From contig CM052832.1 in assembly GCA_028534125.1 (NCBI GenBank), positions 20,090,001-20,154,000 on the forward strand: a stretch of DNA of 64,000 nt, read 5' to 3'. How positions within the stretch are numbered: the first letter of the stretch is position 1; the number at the start of each line of letters is the position of its first letter. The notes under the pieces were generated by a model. The model ran no database searches. It saw only the letters and a list, made by a program, of their open reading frames with translations, and was not told where the DNA came from. Made by a program: the position numbers and the translations under genes. The DNA comes from Lama glama (Eukaryota). Shown in pieces: positions 1-12,789 of the stretch.

Positions 1-599
1 ATGGCTTAGAAGTCTCAGAAGTATTAACACTATCAGAAAGTATGGCTTTAATTATATTCCTACTGACCAATCTTTATGTAAGAAAGGCTATATCATATCT
101 TCTTTGATATAGGACCTTGAAATATTTACTAAACAATTTAGGTGGATAGATAAGAAGCAGTTTAATTCAGAAATACCCCCCAAAATTTCTCACTTCATTG
201 CTCATATTTCTAAAGGGTTTATCATTGTTAGAATTAAAGCAAGGGTATACATTGCAACTTCTCTGGTTCCTGGGGTACTTAAATATGCCTATAGTATTTG
301 TCCTGCCCCAGGGTGACTTCATTTCTCAGGCTCCATTTATTGATAGAAATTTGGGGAAAAGATAATTAGACAACTTATAATTATTTAGAGAGCTAGGCAA
401 TCAGCCCCCAAAGATGAAATATTCTTGGACCGTTGGAGTTTCTTATGTCTCAAGAAGTAATGATTTGTGTCCCACTTCTGGAACAACCAAGAAATCTCCT
501 ACAGAATCCAAACTACTGCAGATAAGAATTATAAGCCCTAGACAATTTAAAAAAATAGTGATATTAAAAATAAACAACAGAAGACAGATTCTTTCAGGT

Positions 600-3250
600 G
601 TAAAAATCTGGGGGTAAAATGGATAGCTCAGATGATTTTCTTTTTCTAAGGCATTTAGTAAAAGTTAGCAGCACACATAGCAGCTAAAATTTTGATAAAA
701 AACCTAAGAACTTTGTTCCTTGATAAACCAGAGAACAGAATTTGAGGCAACAAACAGCAGTTAGGGGGATTCAATAAAAGTGAGAACTAGAGAAAGAAAT
801 CCCTATATACTGTGTATACACTCTGCCCAAATTGGTTTCACTCCTGAACCACACATGCTTCTCATTGCCTCCAGCAAAGGATAAGGAGACAAAACTAAAC
901 TGAGATTTGAGATACAGAATTTTGGATTGAATTCCTACAAGTTAATTGCCTGCTAAAATAACAAAAATAACAAATTTTGAAACAGAGTTAATAAAACAGA
1001 GTCCTCAACCTCCCCAGCATATCAGTGCACAAAATACAAACCAAAATTATTCTACATATGAAGAACTACAAAGATTTGACCCAGTTTGAATAGAAAAGAC
1101 AATCTAAGTTTGTCCATATGTTACAATTAGCATATCATATTTTTAATTGCAATTGTAAAAATATTAAAGGACATAGTATGCTCACAAATCATGAATAAGT
1201 AAATAGGTAGGAAATAGAAAAGAAATAGAAAATACAAAAAGAACCAAATGATCATTATTTACATGAAAAATACAATATCCAAAATTAAAAAAAAAAACAG
1301 CAAATACTATGGGTAAGAGAAAGCAAATTTGGCGAGAAAAAAATGTTTTAAATAGAACCTCAAGGCAGGGTGCATTAAGGCAGTGGTAGAGTGCATGCTT
1401 AGCATGAAGGAGTTCCTGGGTTCAATCCCCCCAGTGTCTCCAATAAAAGAAAAATTAAAAAGAATCAATAAACTTAATTACCTCCTCCCAAATAAATAAG
1501 TAAAATAAATGAATAAATAAAACAGAGCCTCAAGAATATGTGGAGCTTTATCAAAAGATCTAACATACACATAATTGGAGTCCCAGCAGAAGATAAGAGA
1601 GAGAATCAAGCAGACAACATATCTGAAGAAATGATGTCCAGCATTGTCTTCATTTGGTAAAATACATAAATTTAAAGATAAATAAAATTTTGTAAACATC
1701 AAGCAGGATGAATATGAAGAAAACCATGCCTAAGTCACATCAACGCCAAAACACTAAATGCTAAAGATAGAAAAAAAACCTTGGAAGCAAAGAAAAACAA
1801 CACATTACCTACAGAGGAATAATAACACAGATTTCTTACCAGAAAATATATGAGTGAGGAAGCAATGAACCAACATCTTGAAAGTAACTAAAGAAAAAAG
1901 GAATTCTATATTCAGAAAAATTATCCTTTAAGAAAAAATGTAAAATAAAACCATTTTTAAATAAAGAAAAACTAAGATAATTTATCAGCAGACCAGCACT
2001 ACAAGAAATGCTAAAGTAATTCTTCAGAAAAGTTTAAAGAAAACATCACTACATTGTCCTGTGTGGCTTATAATTTCATGTATATATGATACATATGACA
2101 ACTATAGCATAAAAGATGGCTGCACAATTTCTACATTTTATGTGAAAAGGTATAATATTAACATTAAGTAGAATAAAAAATAAAGAATGGTTACTGTAAT
2201 CCTTAGAGTAACCATTAAAAATAATGTAAAAGGTCAAGCTAAAAAAGCCAAAAGACACATTAAAATGAAATTATAATGATATTTAAACAATCCAAAAGAA
2301 TGCAGTAAAGAAAGAATAAAGAAATAGAATAACAAACAGAAAACAAATAGCAAAAAGATATATATAAATCACAACTATGTCAATAATTACATTAACTATT
2401 AATGAACTAAGCACTCCAGTTAAGTCAGTGATTATCAGAATGGACTAAAAGCCAAACACGATTCAATTATCTGTTATCTACAAGTGTTTCCCTTTAAATA
2501 TAAAGACATAGATAATTTGAAAGCAAATGAATAGAAAAAGGGTATGCCATGCTTACAGTATGCCTACAAAGGCTGGAGTGGCTATGGTAATATCAGATGA
2601 CCTAGTCTTTAAGAGAAAAATACTTACAGAGGTAAACAGGGATATATCATAATGATAAAATGCTCAATTTATCAGGAATACATATAATCATACATGTTTA
2701 TATGCCTAGTAACAGGACTTCAAAACATGAAGAAATTGACAGAATTAAAGAGAATTTCACACTTATAGTTGGAGATTTTAACACCACTCTCTCAGCAATT
2801 AATAGAACACCTAAACAAACAAACAAAAATCGATAGGTTGTTTTACTAACAGTATCAACTACCTTGCCCTAATTGATATTTATAAACACAGTACCCAACA
2901 ACTAGAGAAAACATTTTTTTCATAAGCATGTGGTATGTTCACCAAGACAGAAATTATATAAGAACATTAAGAAATCTCAGTTAATTTAATAGAATTAAGT
3001 CAGGCAGAGTATGTTTTCTGGCCACAAGGGGTGTAATTATAAATTAAAAACCACAAAACATCTAGGAACACAAATAATTTCAAATTAAACAAGACACTTC
3101 TAAATAATCCATTGGTCAAAGAAGAAATCACAAATGAAATTGAATAATATTTCAAACTGAATGATAATAATGATTATGCAAATGAAAATTTGTGGTATAC
3201 AGCTTAGTCAGTGCTAAAGGAAATTCTCATGTTAGAGATGAATTCTTATG
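600..3250 (+). mobile_element. Ancient decayed LINE-1 (L1M-type): 5' region, ORF1 remnant and ORF2 endonuclease remnant
   Basis: A-rich strand; ORF1-like 'acatacacataattggagtcccagcagaagataagagaga' (~1563-1600); ORF2 EN-like 'tcaataattacattaactattaatgaactaagcactccagtt' (~2380), 'ggctggagtggctatggtaatatcagat' (~2571), 'atagttggagattttaacacc' (~2765); no long ORF survives. Confidence 0.85.
1365..1519 (+). mobile_element. tRNA-derived SINE, camelid Vic-1-like, inserted in the old L1
   Basis: A-box-like 'cagtggtagag', B-box-like 'gggttcaatcc', A-rich tail; 15-bp TSD aaatagaacctcaag (1350-1364) / aaacagagcctcaag (1520-1534), 2 mismatches. Confidence 0.9.
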
Positions 3251-3594
3251 CTGGATGATACATGATTCTTATATTAGAGACAGCATAAAATTTTTATATT
3301 AGAGATGAAATAATGATCTTTCTATCAGAAAGGAGAAATTCAACACAATGAGATAGATTTTAAATTCTCCCAAGGCTAAAATAGGTTATTTGATATTTTG
3401 GGGGAAAGGTTAACTTCTTAAATTTGGACTTTTATACTACCAGTATCTCTTTTCCCTCAAACCAGAAAGTCCCAATATTTAGTTAACTAGATAAATTTGG
3501 ATTGAGTGTAACTGCTTCTTCCATTCCTTTGTTCTTTACTCCTCATTGCCTGATCTTGGGTCCTCGCCTGATGGTTCCTAAATAAACAAGGATG

Positions 3595-3760
3595 AATTGA
3601 AGGTAGGTAATATTGGCCTCCTAATTTTACATATGAGGAAACTGAGGTAGAAAGAGATTTACAAGTGATTTGCCAAGAATACATAAATATTAGTTGGTAC
3701 AGTTGAAGTTTGCTCTTGGACAGTTTAGTTCAGAGACTGTGTCTTAACCACAATAATATT
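3595..3760 (-). mobile_element. MIR SINE
   Basis: Reverse MIR core 'attttacatatgaggaaactgagg...aagtgatttgccaag'. Confidence 0.8.
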
Positions 3761-3975
3761 ATATTAAGGGACAGTCCTTCATAAGTTAAGTATTGATAGT
3801 CTGTGGAGAGCATGACAGTAACATTCAACTATTGGCCTCGCCAAACTGGACCTCAAATTCCTTTGTTCAGAAAATCTCCGTTACCAGGTTGTAAATCCTA
3901 GGATGAGTCACCCCACCTCTACATTGATTATTTTTCCCCTGAAAAGAATCGAGTTCTTTGAGTAAATGATTATTA

Positions 3976-4257
3976 TTTTTAAAATTTTATTTTCTATTGA
4001 GATGCAGTTGATTTATAATGCTATCTTCAGATATATAACAAAATGATTCAGAGATATATATATACACACATATTTTTTCTTTTCAGATTCTTTTCCATTG
4101 TATGTTAGTACAAAAATTTGAATATAGTTCCCTGTGCTATACAGTAGAACCTTGTTGTTTATCTATCTTACATAAGTAATGTGTGTCTGTTAATCCCAGA
4201 CTCCTAATTTATGCCTCCCCTGCCCTTTTCCCTATGGTAACCATAGTTTGTTTTCTA
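3976..4257 (-). mobile_element. 5'-truncated L1 3' end (artiodactyl-type)
   Basis: 'tgaatatagttccctgtgctatacagtag', 'ggtaaccatagtttgttttctatg'; exact 17-bp TSD tgagtaaatgattatta at 3959-3975 and 4258-4274. Confidence 0.9.
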
Positions 4258-5379
4258 TGAGTAAATGATTATTAAATATTTGAGTGCATAAAATTCTATA
4301 ATTCTAAAAATCATCATGTATCATTTATCTAGATTTTCTTTTGATTATTATTTAACTATTTTGCATTTCTGATTTTGCATTAATACACAGAGTGAACCAT
4401 GATAATAAATAAATGTACAGAGTTTTCATCTTATAATGGGCTCACAAACATTTTGTGGGAAAGGACACTGATGTTAAAAAAAAATTATGGCTGTAATACC
4501 ACTGGTTAATTTATTCAGTTAATCCTATAGTTCTAAATAACAGTTTTAATACATAAAGGACAATGGTAACAACATAAATTGAAACATTCACAAGAAGCAT
4601 TTATAACAGTGGCATTGAATAATATGCATTATTTTATTTATGACCAGTGTGAATTTTTTTAGTGGTTATTTCACACTGATTCTTACTGTGTATAGAGAAA
4701 AATCTACCAGAAGCAAATGAAGACAAATTACAGAAGCACATATATTTTAAATGCCAAAGCCTACCACAAAGTTATTTTCCTAAAGTGAAAATCTATAACA
4801 TTTTCACAATGTATGCAGTTTTAAATTGTCTTTGTTTTAATATGAAATAATGGATTATTTTGACTTATGTGTTTTATTAAGTCCAGTTGCCTTTGATATT
4901 TCAGATTGCAAGATTTCACTTAGAAATAGTCAACCTTGTACTGTTTTATGCTCCTAAACATATTTATACATACTGAATCATGGTAAACTAATTTGACAAT
5001 CTGCATTTTTTTTTCTGTCAGAAACCCCTCAAAAATTTTATTAACCATAGCAAACCTTCTTTGCTTTTCTCGTACATAGTTTATTCATACACTTCTGAAG
5101 CAACTTCTTTCTACGTAGCATTCAAAAGCATGTGGCAAAGTAATGATAGGCAAATATTTTGGAAATTGCTTGCTAAGTTTAGGGGAATTCCCTGACTAAT
5201 AAAAGAACTTTTGAAGGCATTCCAATAACCAAGTTCAATTTCAGTTAAAGTGACTGAAATGCCCCAAATACCAAAACATTTCATTCGAGGTTGTCCTGAT
5301 ACTGTTTTTAGAGTGGGATTCACCTGCTACTTTTTCCTGTTCTCAGTATCCAGCCATCTTCCCTCCCATTTCCTCTGGG

Positions 5380-5720
5380 CAGTTTGCTGGCCCAGCTCAA
5401 TTAAAGGACAAATCCATTGCCGTCTGCAGCGTAGGAATTATAATGAAGTCAGCTGTCAAACTCCTATCTCGCAGCTGCCCCTCTGTGGGTAATCTGATGG
5501 CCACTTGTCAGCTGTTTCACCCAGTCAAGCACAGACAAAGGGCCTCTGATGGCCTGCTTTATTCTAATCAATCTACACGGAGGCAGATGTTGAAATCCCA
5601 ACAGGAAAAGGTGTAATTTGATTTAGTATTCAGAACTGCCTTCTCCTATTGATAGATCCGATCTCTCTAAACTCGATATCCTTTTGCAACCATGGGGCAA
5701 ATAACTTTGTGTTTATTTTC
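5380..5720. promoter_or_regulatory. Candidate conserved enhancer
   Basis: Repeat-free, raised GC, clustered CAGCTG/TGTCA, ACAAAG, TAATCAAT and CAGATG motifs. Confidence 0.45.
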
Positions 5721-6066
5721 CTCATTATGTCATTAAAAATAATGCTTTAGAATGATATTTCAGAGCATAGGACATTGCCTAATGGAACATAGAGAATATC
5801 ATAAATTAACGGGTCTTTCAAGGTGGAGGGAATCTAGGTTTTGAAGAAGTCTGTAATTTTCAAAGTACTCTAAACTGATAAAGTGAGCTGGAAGAACCTG
5901 TGAGCTATTGATTCATTCTTTTTTTTTTAATTCTCTGCCAACCAGAGTGGATATTAGAAAGAAAAAAAAATAGATTTTTTTTCTTAGAGTAATTAGGCAT
6001 CAGACAAAAAGCAAAATTGGATTAAGAGAAGTAAAACGAATTAACATCAATTATAATCTGTCTTCC

Positions 6067-6263
6067 GGGGAGAGGGTATAGCTTAGTGGTAGAATACGTG
6101 CCTAGCAAGCCCAAGGTCCTGGATTCAAAACCTAATACTTCTGTGTAAATAAATAAAGCGTAATTATCCACCCCAAAGATGTATACAGCGCTTCTGTATG
6201 TCAATTACAGCTCAATAAAACTGGAAAGAAAAAAATTTTTTTTTAACTTACAAAACATTAATA
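6067..6263 (+). mobile_element. Vic-1-like tRNA-derived SINE with extended 3' tail
   Basis: Head 'ggggagagggtatagcttagtggtaga...ggtcctggattcaaaacc'; 14-bp TSD ataatctgtcttcc (6053-6066) / ataatctgttttcc (6264-6277). Confidence 0.9.
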
Positions 6264-7336
6264 ATAATCTGTTTTCCATTCTCCCACCACAAAGATTGTA
6301 GTGAGGTTACCTGTTTTCTTAATGAAGGATTTCTCTTTTTAAAACAATAACTTAAATCAACATACATACTATTAATTATACTCAAATCTTTAAAAAAAGA
6401 ACATGTGATTTTGATTATACAGATAATAGTCTGTCACTCTCTGACTACAGCAGTTTTATTTCCTAACTTCTCGAATAAGACACTCATATGCAGGAAAATC
6501 TAGCTTCACACAAAATGGTTTGTCTTTGTGTTACTGAATATCTATAATTTCCATTTCTAATGCCTTTCTGGAGGTGATAAATTCTTCTTGATGTTACTCA
6601 AATATTGAGTACATCGAAGTAATTATTTCTTAAAGATGTGATCATAAAGTAGACTTAACATCTGCTTTAAAATGGGAACAGAAATATTTGTGATTGCATA
6701 TTTGGGGTCCTTTTATATTGAGAATTAGTGCCTTCCCCAACCCAAGTCCTGCTATTAATTTATTGAATCATCTTCACTTCAAGCATTTTGTTTAGATTAA
6801 TTTTGACTCAAGTTGTCAAAAATATAAACATTATTTTTATTAGATCTTTAAAACTCAACACAATACTGAAATTCTGATGTCCAAAAGTAGTATATGTTTT
6901 TCCCACATATCAAATTGCTGAAAGATATTTTTCAGTGGCTTGGTACTAACTTTGCAGTGGTTATTATAATTGTTTAAAACATCAGTATCTTTCTAAGAGC
7001 AGAATAACATTCCAGAATGAAGCTCTGGCCTGAGTATTTCAACTGCTGATATTGGAGGAAATACAGAGAGATAATATAAAATTGTAAAATTATAAAATCT
7101 TTGGTGACAAAACATTCAGTGACATTTAATGAGAAAAATCATAGCCAGTACTAGACAAAATGAGCTATATAGAAAACAGTGTGTTTTTAAAAATTTCGAA
7201 TTCAGTGCTACAGTGGTCTTCTCATATTAGTTTCTACAAATGCTTTACTATATTTGAAGATCAAGATAGTGTGTGTATGTGTTTACGTCAAACTTTAAGA
7301 ATGACAAAAGTTTGATATAAAAAGAAAAAATGAGAA

Positions 7337-7485
7337 TATATAGTAATATGTATCTGTTAATCCTGAACTCCTAATTTATCCCTTTCTCCCCAGCCCCTGC
7401 CTCTTTTCTCCTTTGGTAACCATAGTTTGTTTTCTATGTCCGTGAGTCTATTTCTGGTTTGCAAATAAAATTTGTATTTTTTTTA
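7337..7485 (-). mobile_element. L1 3'UTR fragment, same family as 3976-4257
   Basis: Shares 'tctgttaatcc..actcctaatttat' and 'ggtaaccatagtttgttttctatg' with the copy at ~4190-4258. Confidence 0.85.
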
Positions 7486-7999
7486 AGGAAAACTCTTGAT
7501 TCTGTGTTCAAAACCCTATGCTTTGGAGCCTCTATCTACCCATCCAACAGTATCCTCTAATATCCCTCAGCATTAAACCTCTTCTTTAGAAAGTAAATCT
7601 CAAATTCCCTTGAGTGCACATTGCTCTTACTAGTCTCAGCCCCGTGCTCATAAAATATTCTCACTCTATATTTCAGATCTTATCCTTCAGTTTAAAGAAC
7701 TTTCTTCACTACCATGCATTATGTGGTAGCCACAAGCTTTCTTCTGAGGAACTCAGGAGTCCAGGCACTAAGCCTGGACAGGAGACATCATCTTCCATTT
7801 TTCAAGAGGGTCCAGTAGATAGTATTTTGGGGAAAAAAAGAATCTGAGATGATCTATCTTTTTTTTTTTTAACCAATTTACTATGTATTATACAGCGCTT
7901 TCAAAGGACTACTCCCTATAATCTAAAATACGTTCTCACAGAAGTACACAAGTATAATTGGGAAATTTTTTCAAAATATATGCTTTTCATCTGTGACCT

Positions 8000-8850
8000 C
8001 TATCTCCCTCCAGCTCGCCAGTATCTCCCAGAAAAGAGCGTCTACCCTTGTCTGGCTCCGTGGCCAGTGGAGCTTATACTCATGGTTCCCACAGGACTGT
8101 AGCCAATGGAGAAAGAATTCTTAAATGGCTCCCAGCCCCAGGGCCCAGCAAGAGGCAACAGATCAAGGAACTCAGTCTTTCTGTGAAGGTGGCCTACCAG
8201 CTTACCATAGCTGCAGCCTGTGGGGCTGGCTCCTAATTCAACTCCACTCGAAGGGCTGACTGTGGTCCTTTCAAAGAGATCTCAGGACGAGGACTATCTC
8301 TGTGCTCTCCCCTAGCCACACTCCAGAGCACTTGCATCTCCTGGAGGGGATCTTTTACACAGTCTGGTACCCCAGTTTTTGTGGCTGCCGCTCAGGGGAC
8401 ACCTGCAGATCACCTGGCGCTGGTGGCCCGCAGGGCTGACGCTTGCAGTCCCACAGGATGTACATTGGCATGCTTTACAAGCTGCTGCCTGAGGGTCCCG
8501 CATCCAATCAGCCTGAATCTGGGTGCTGACTGAGATCCTCCCCTTTGGGATAGTGATGGGTCTTGGCACACTCTCAACTACTTATTAAGAATTATTTAAA
8601 ATAAAACAGGCTGCTTCGACAATCAAAAAGTTTCGAGCAACAACCAAGTGCCAGGGCCAGGTTGAATCACAAATTTCATCTCCTACATGAGACCACTCCT
8701 CCAAGACTGGGAGACATGCTTCTTTTATCTCAGGTATAAAAGCCAACACAGAGTCCAGAAAAATGAGAAAACAGAAGAATATGCTCCAAAAGAAAAATCA
8801 AGATAAAACCTCAGAGGAGGGAAACCTTAACGAAACAAGGATAAGTGATT
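8000..8850 (+). mobile_element. Old L1 5'UTR and start of ORF1
   Basis: GC-rich block ending in ORF1 N-terminus-like 'aaaatgagaaaacagaagaatatgctccaaa...caagataaaacctcaga' (~8760-8815). Confidence 0.7.
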
Positions 8851-8869
8851 TAAGAAACACTTTGAGAAA

Positions 8870-9310
8870 AGATATTAGCTAAGGAGATGGAGGAGCTGCT
8901 GGAGACATAAGAGGAAAACCCAGAAAAAAAATGTTTTCATAGAATACAGAAGTGTGTCATGAAAAAGGGGTCAGCTCCTATAGCAAAGGCTGCTGAGAGA
9001 CCATGCCCAACAAGTATAATAAAATAGATACTTTAATTACTAACCTTAATGGTCCTTGATAACCATGAGAATAATGAACATTGAAAGTACTAAACAGAGA
9101 ATGGAAGATAAGGAAATGAATTCAGAAATTCTCTGTGAATAGAGAATTGGCTTTGGGAGGAGGATGCCCAGTCCAGTCAAGGTTTGTATATCTTGTGATG
9201 GGAAATGCTGGAGCATGTGTATATAATGATGAGAATGACCCAGTAGAGAAAGGAAAATTAATGATGCAGACGAGCAGATCCCAGGGCAGAGACTAGATGC
9301 AGAAATAGTG
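8870..9310 (-). mobile_element. L2 LINE remnant
   Basis: Purine-rich L2-like text 'aaggctgctgagaga', 'gatgagaatgacccagtagagaaaggaaaattaatgatgcaga'. Confidence 0.6.
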
Positions 9311-10743
9311 GTATGGCATAAATATAGAATAAGCTACATTTAGAACACAGCTTAAAAAAAAATTGTATGCTATTTTAAAATTTAATGATATTTCAAAATT
9401 TGGGATGAGTGAGAGAAAGAAGAATCAGAAGAAGAAAAATGGTTGATTTGTACAATATTGACAAATAAATACTATTAAGGTTCCAACCAGGGACTAATGG
9501 AGTACTAGCCGAGAGAAAAACAGCCATGCATGCCTGAATGAGAAAATAAAAATAATTTGTTACTAACATAACACATACTGCAACATTATATTACCTGCCA
9601 AGTAGTTGTTTAAAGTACTATAAAATCAGTTTGTTTTCTGAATAAGCTAGACATCATCTTCCTTCCCAAACACAAATTGTGTTTATACTTTTAATTTATT
9701 TTTTATATCATGGCATAGATAAACGCAGGTCACATCTGTACTTGAATTAGGACCAATCAGAGGAAAATATTCAGAGCCATTTAAATGCTTCATAAGGAGG
9801 ACATTATACCAATATAAATTACAATTATGGGGATGATCAATATTTATGTTGTCTCTGCCAGCCGCCTGAGCACATCCTGTGGCATTCTGAATGAGGGGGC
9901 TTATTTATAAGAATTGCTGTCTGCAGCAGGCTACTGAGTGAATCACAATCATAATATCATGACATTAATGCAGGCTGAGTGATGATTGGTTTCCACTTCA
10001 GTGATGATATAGTTGTGGATGGCCCGGTTTCAACAAAGAGGGGGAAACTCATTATCTTTATTTATCAGATACTGTACATTGTTGTCACCTTTCTGTGTGA
10101 ACACTTTGCTTTCCTGGTGAACTGGATAAGAGGACGATTATGAAATTGACAGGTAATGCCTTTTTTTAAATTGTTGCTACTGCTGTTGTTTTATTTTTAA
10201 TTAACCAGACAAGATACTGTGAGTTTCTGTTATTTGCTAAAAAATTTATTTTGATTTGTTTGGTATAAAATTAGATCAGATCTATTAGATCAAGACCTAA
10301 GAACTTGAGGGTGAGGAAGATCTAGAACCCAAGATGACACCATCTTGTAGCCCTGGAGATGACACGGAAGTAGGGTTGAAAGGAGAAATCAGGCAGGAAT
10401 TTGCACTAAGCCTAAATGGATGAAATCAGGCTTTCAGAGCCTCAGGGCAAACCAACCACAAGCACATTTACTTGCTAAAGGAATGGAGTTAGGAAAGCTG
10501 ATAGGGAAATCAAGGGGAACGTTGTTTCCCTCAGGCACTTCCCTGGTGCTTTGCTTATGCTGAAAATTCATCCATTGCTGGTAACTGAAAGGGCATTGTA
10601 TCCCACACATACAGACATAATGTAGCTGCAGCTTTATTAGATACATGACATTATATGTTGGATGTGGTCACTCAGTTTCTTCATGATTAAGAATCTCAGT
10701 TTCTTCTTAATTAAGATGGGAATCATTGTAATGCTAAAGCATA

Positions 10744-11258
10744 AAGTCACACCTAGTAGATTTCGCAGGCTGGGTTCCAGACCACCACAATAAGACCAAA
10801 TATCATAATAAAGCAAGTCACCCAAATTTTTTGGTTTTGTAGGCATATTAAAGTTATGCTTACGCTATAGTGTAGTCTTTTAAGTGTGCAATAGCATTAT
10901 GTCTGTACAAAAAGTACATGCCTTAATTAAAAATATTTTGCAAAAAAATATATTTTGCTAAAAAATGCTTGCCATCTTCTGAGCCTTAAGTGAGTCATAA
11001 TTTTTTCGCAAAGGTAACATCAAAAATCACTGATCACAGATCACCATAACAAATATCCTAACGATGAAAAAGTTTAAAATATTATGAGTGTTAGAAAAAT
11101 GTGACACAGAGACATTGAAGTGAGCAGATGCTGCTGGAAAAATGGCACCATGAGACTAGACTCTATGCTTAGAGTTGCCACAAACCTTCAATTTATTTAA
11201 AAAAAAAAAGGCATTATCTGTGAAGTCTGGTAAAGCACAATAAAATGAGATATGCCTG
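10744..11258 (-). mobile_element. Internally deleted Tigger1 (TcMar-Tigger) MITE
   Basis: Both Tigger1 ends present ('ggttccagaccaccacaataa' and 'aataaaatgagatatgcctg'), flanked by TA at 10742-10743 and 11259-11260; no transposase. Confidence 0.9.
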
Positions 11259-11271
11259 TACTTTATATAAC

Positions 11272-11470
11272 AGTTTAGTTCCAGCTCTGTCACAGACAAG
11301 CTGCCTCGCTTTGGGAGAGTAGCTTGGTATTTCTGTATTTCAGCTTGTTCAATGTAAAAAGAGGATTTATATCACCTTGCTCACAGAGCTGCTGTTGTTG
11401 CAAGGGACTAAATAATGGTTGTAAATTGGTGAACTCTGTATCTTCCAGATACTTAAATACTCAATACATA
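11272..11470 (+). mobile_element. MIR SINE
   Basis: 'ccagctctgtcac...tttcagcttgttcaatgtaaaaagaggat...atactcaatac'. Confidence 0.6.
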
Positions 11471-11685
11471 TTCCACATTCATTTCTTCCTCAATTCTATA
11501 GATTTCTACCACTCTAGAAACTACCAACATAGCCATTATTTTCTCGAGTTTGTGAAGTGCACTCAAGGAGATATTGTAAGTTACTTTGATTAGTTAGAAT
11601 ATTAGGGAAGTGGGTGTAGCTCCCAAATACACAGAATGATCTGGTACAAATAGTGTATTTGTGTTTTAAAAATAAATAAAATTTT

Positions 11686-12148
11686 AATGTCCATCAGGAG
11701 ATGAATGGATAAAGAAGATACGGAATATATATCTATACAGTGGAATATTACTCAGCCATCATTAAGAATAAAATCTTGCCATTTGAGAAGACATGGATGA
11801 ACCTAGAGGATATTATACACAGTGAAATAAAGCAGACAAATACTCTATGTTTGCACTTATATGTGGATCTAAAAAAATGAAACAAATGAACAAATATAAC
11901 AAATAGACTCACAGATGTAGTTACCAGAAGGAAGAAGGGGAGGCAGAGGAGCAAAATAGATGAAGGGGATTGAGGTACAAATTAGCAGTTATAAAATAAG
12001 TTGTAAGGATGTAATATATAGCACAGAGAATATAGTCAATATTTTATCATAGCTTTGGAGTGTAACCTATAGAAAACTAAAATTACTATGTTGTATACCT
12101 GAAACTAATATAATATTGTAAGTCAACTATACATCAATAAAAAAAATA
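11686..12148 (+). mobile_element. L1 ORF2 C-terminus and 3'UTR (L1MA/artiodactyl-type)
   Basis: 'aatgtccatcaggagatgaatggataaagaaga', 'acatggatgaacctagagg', ends 'gtcaactatacatcaataaaaaaaa'. Confidence 0.9.
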
Positions 12149-12789
12149 CAATTTTTAAAATTATATTATTTTTTCTTAGTTTTTAAATGATACATATTCA
12201 TTGTAAAAAAGCTTTGTCTTATTTCATCTGGGTTTTCTTTTTTGCATTATCTCTACTGATTTTCTGAGCTTAGCATTTTTAATTTTGTGTATCCTGATTA
12301 TTTATTTTTGTTCCCCCATTATTGAGTTTTCTCCCAACATTTGCTATTATAGTAAATATTACTGAGCATAAATTTCTGTCTTTATATAGATCTATCTATC
12401 TATCTATGTACCTGAAAGTATGAATTCCTAGAATGGACATACTAGATCATATATATAAACACTTTGAACATCATCAATTTGGTTTTTAGAAAATGGCCAA
12501 TGTTGTTCCCCTACTGACCTCAAACACTGTTATCTTTCAGGTTCAGATGCAGGCCTCCAAAGTCAACTACAGTCTAAAGGTACAGATTGAAGAGGAGAAC
12601 AAGTGGAACTGATGTATGTGAATGTCACCTTTCCCCTTACTATCACTTCAGGTTAATTTTAGCCCCTTTTGTATACATAGACATAGCTTTTTTTCCATGC
12701 GATCCTGTTCACTTAGGTTATATCTGATTGTGCATACAGGAGTCAGTGTTTCAGAAGAGTTGTTAAAAGTGATGGTACCAGTTACTATT

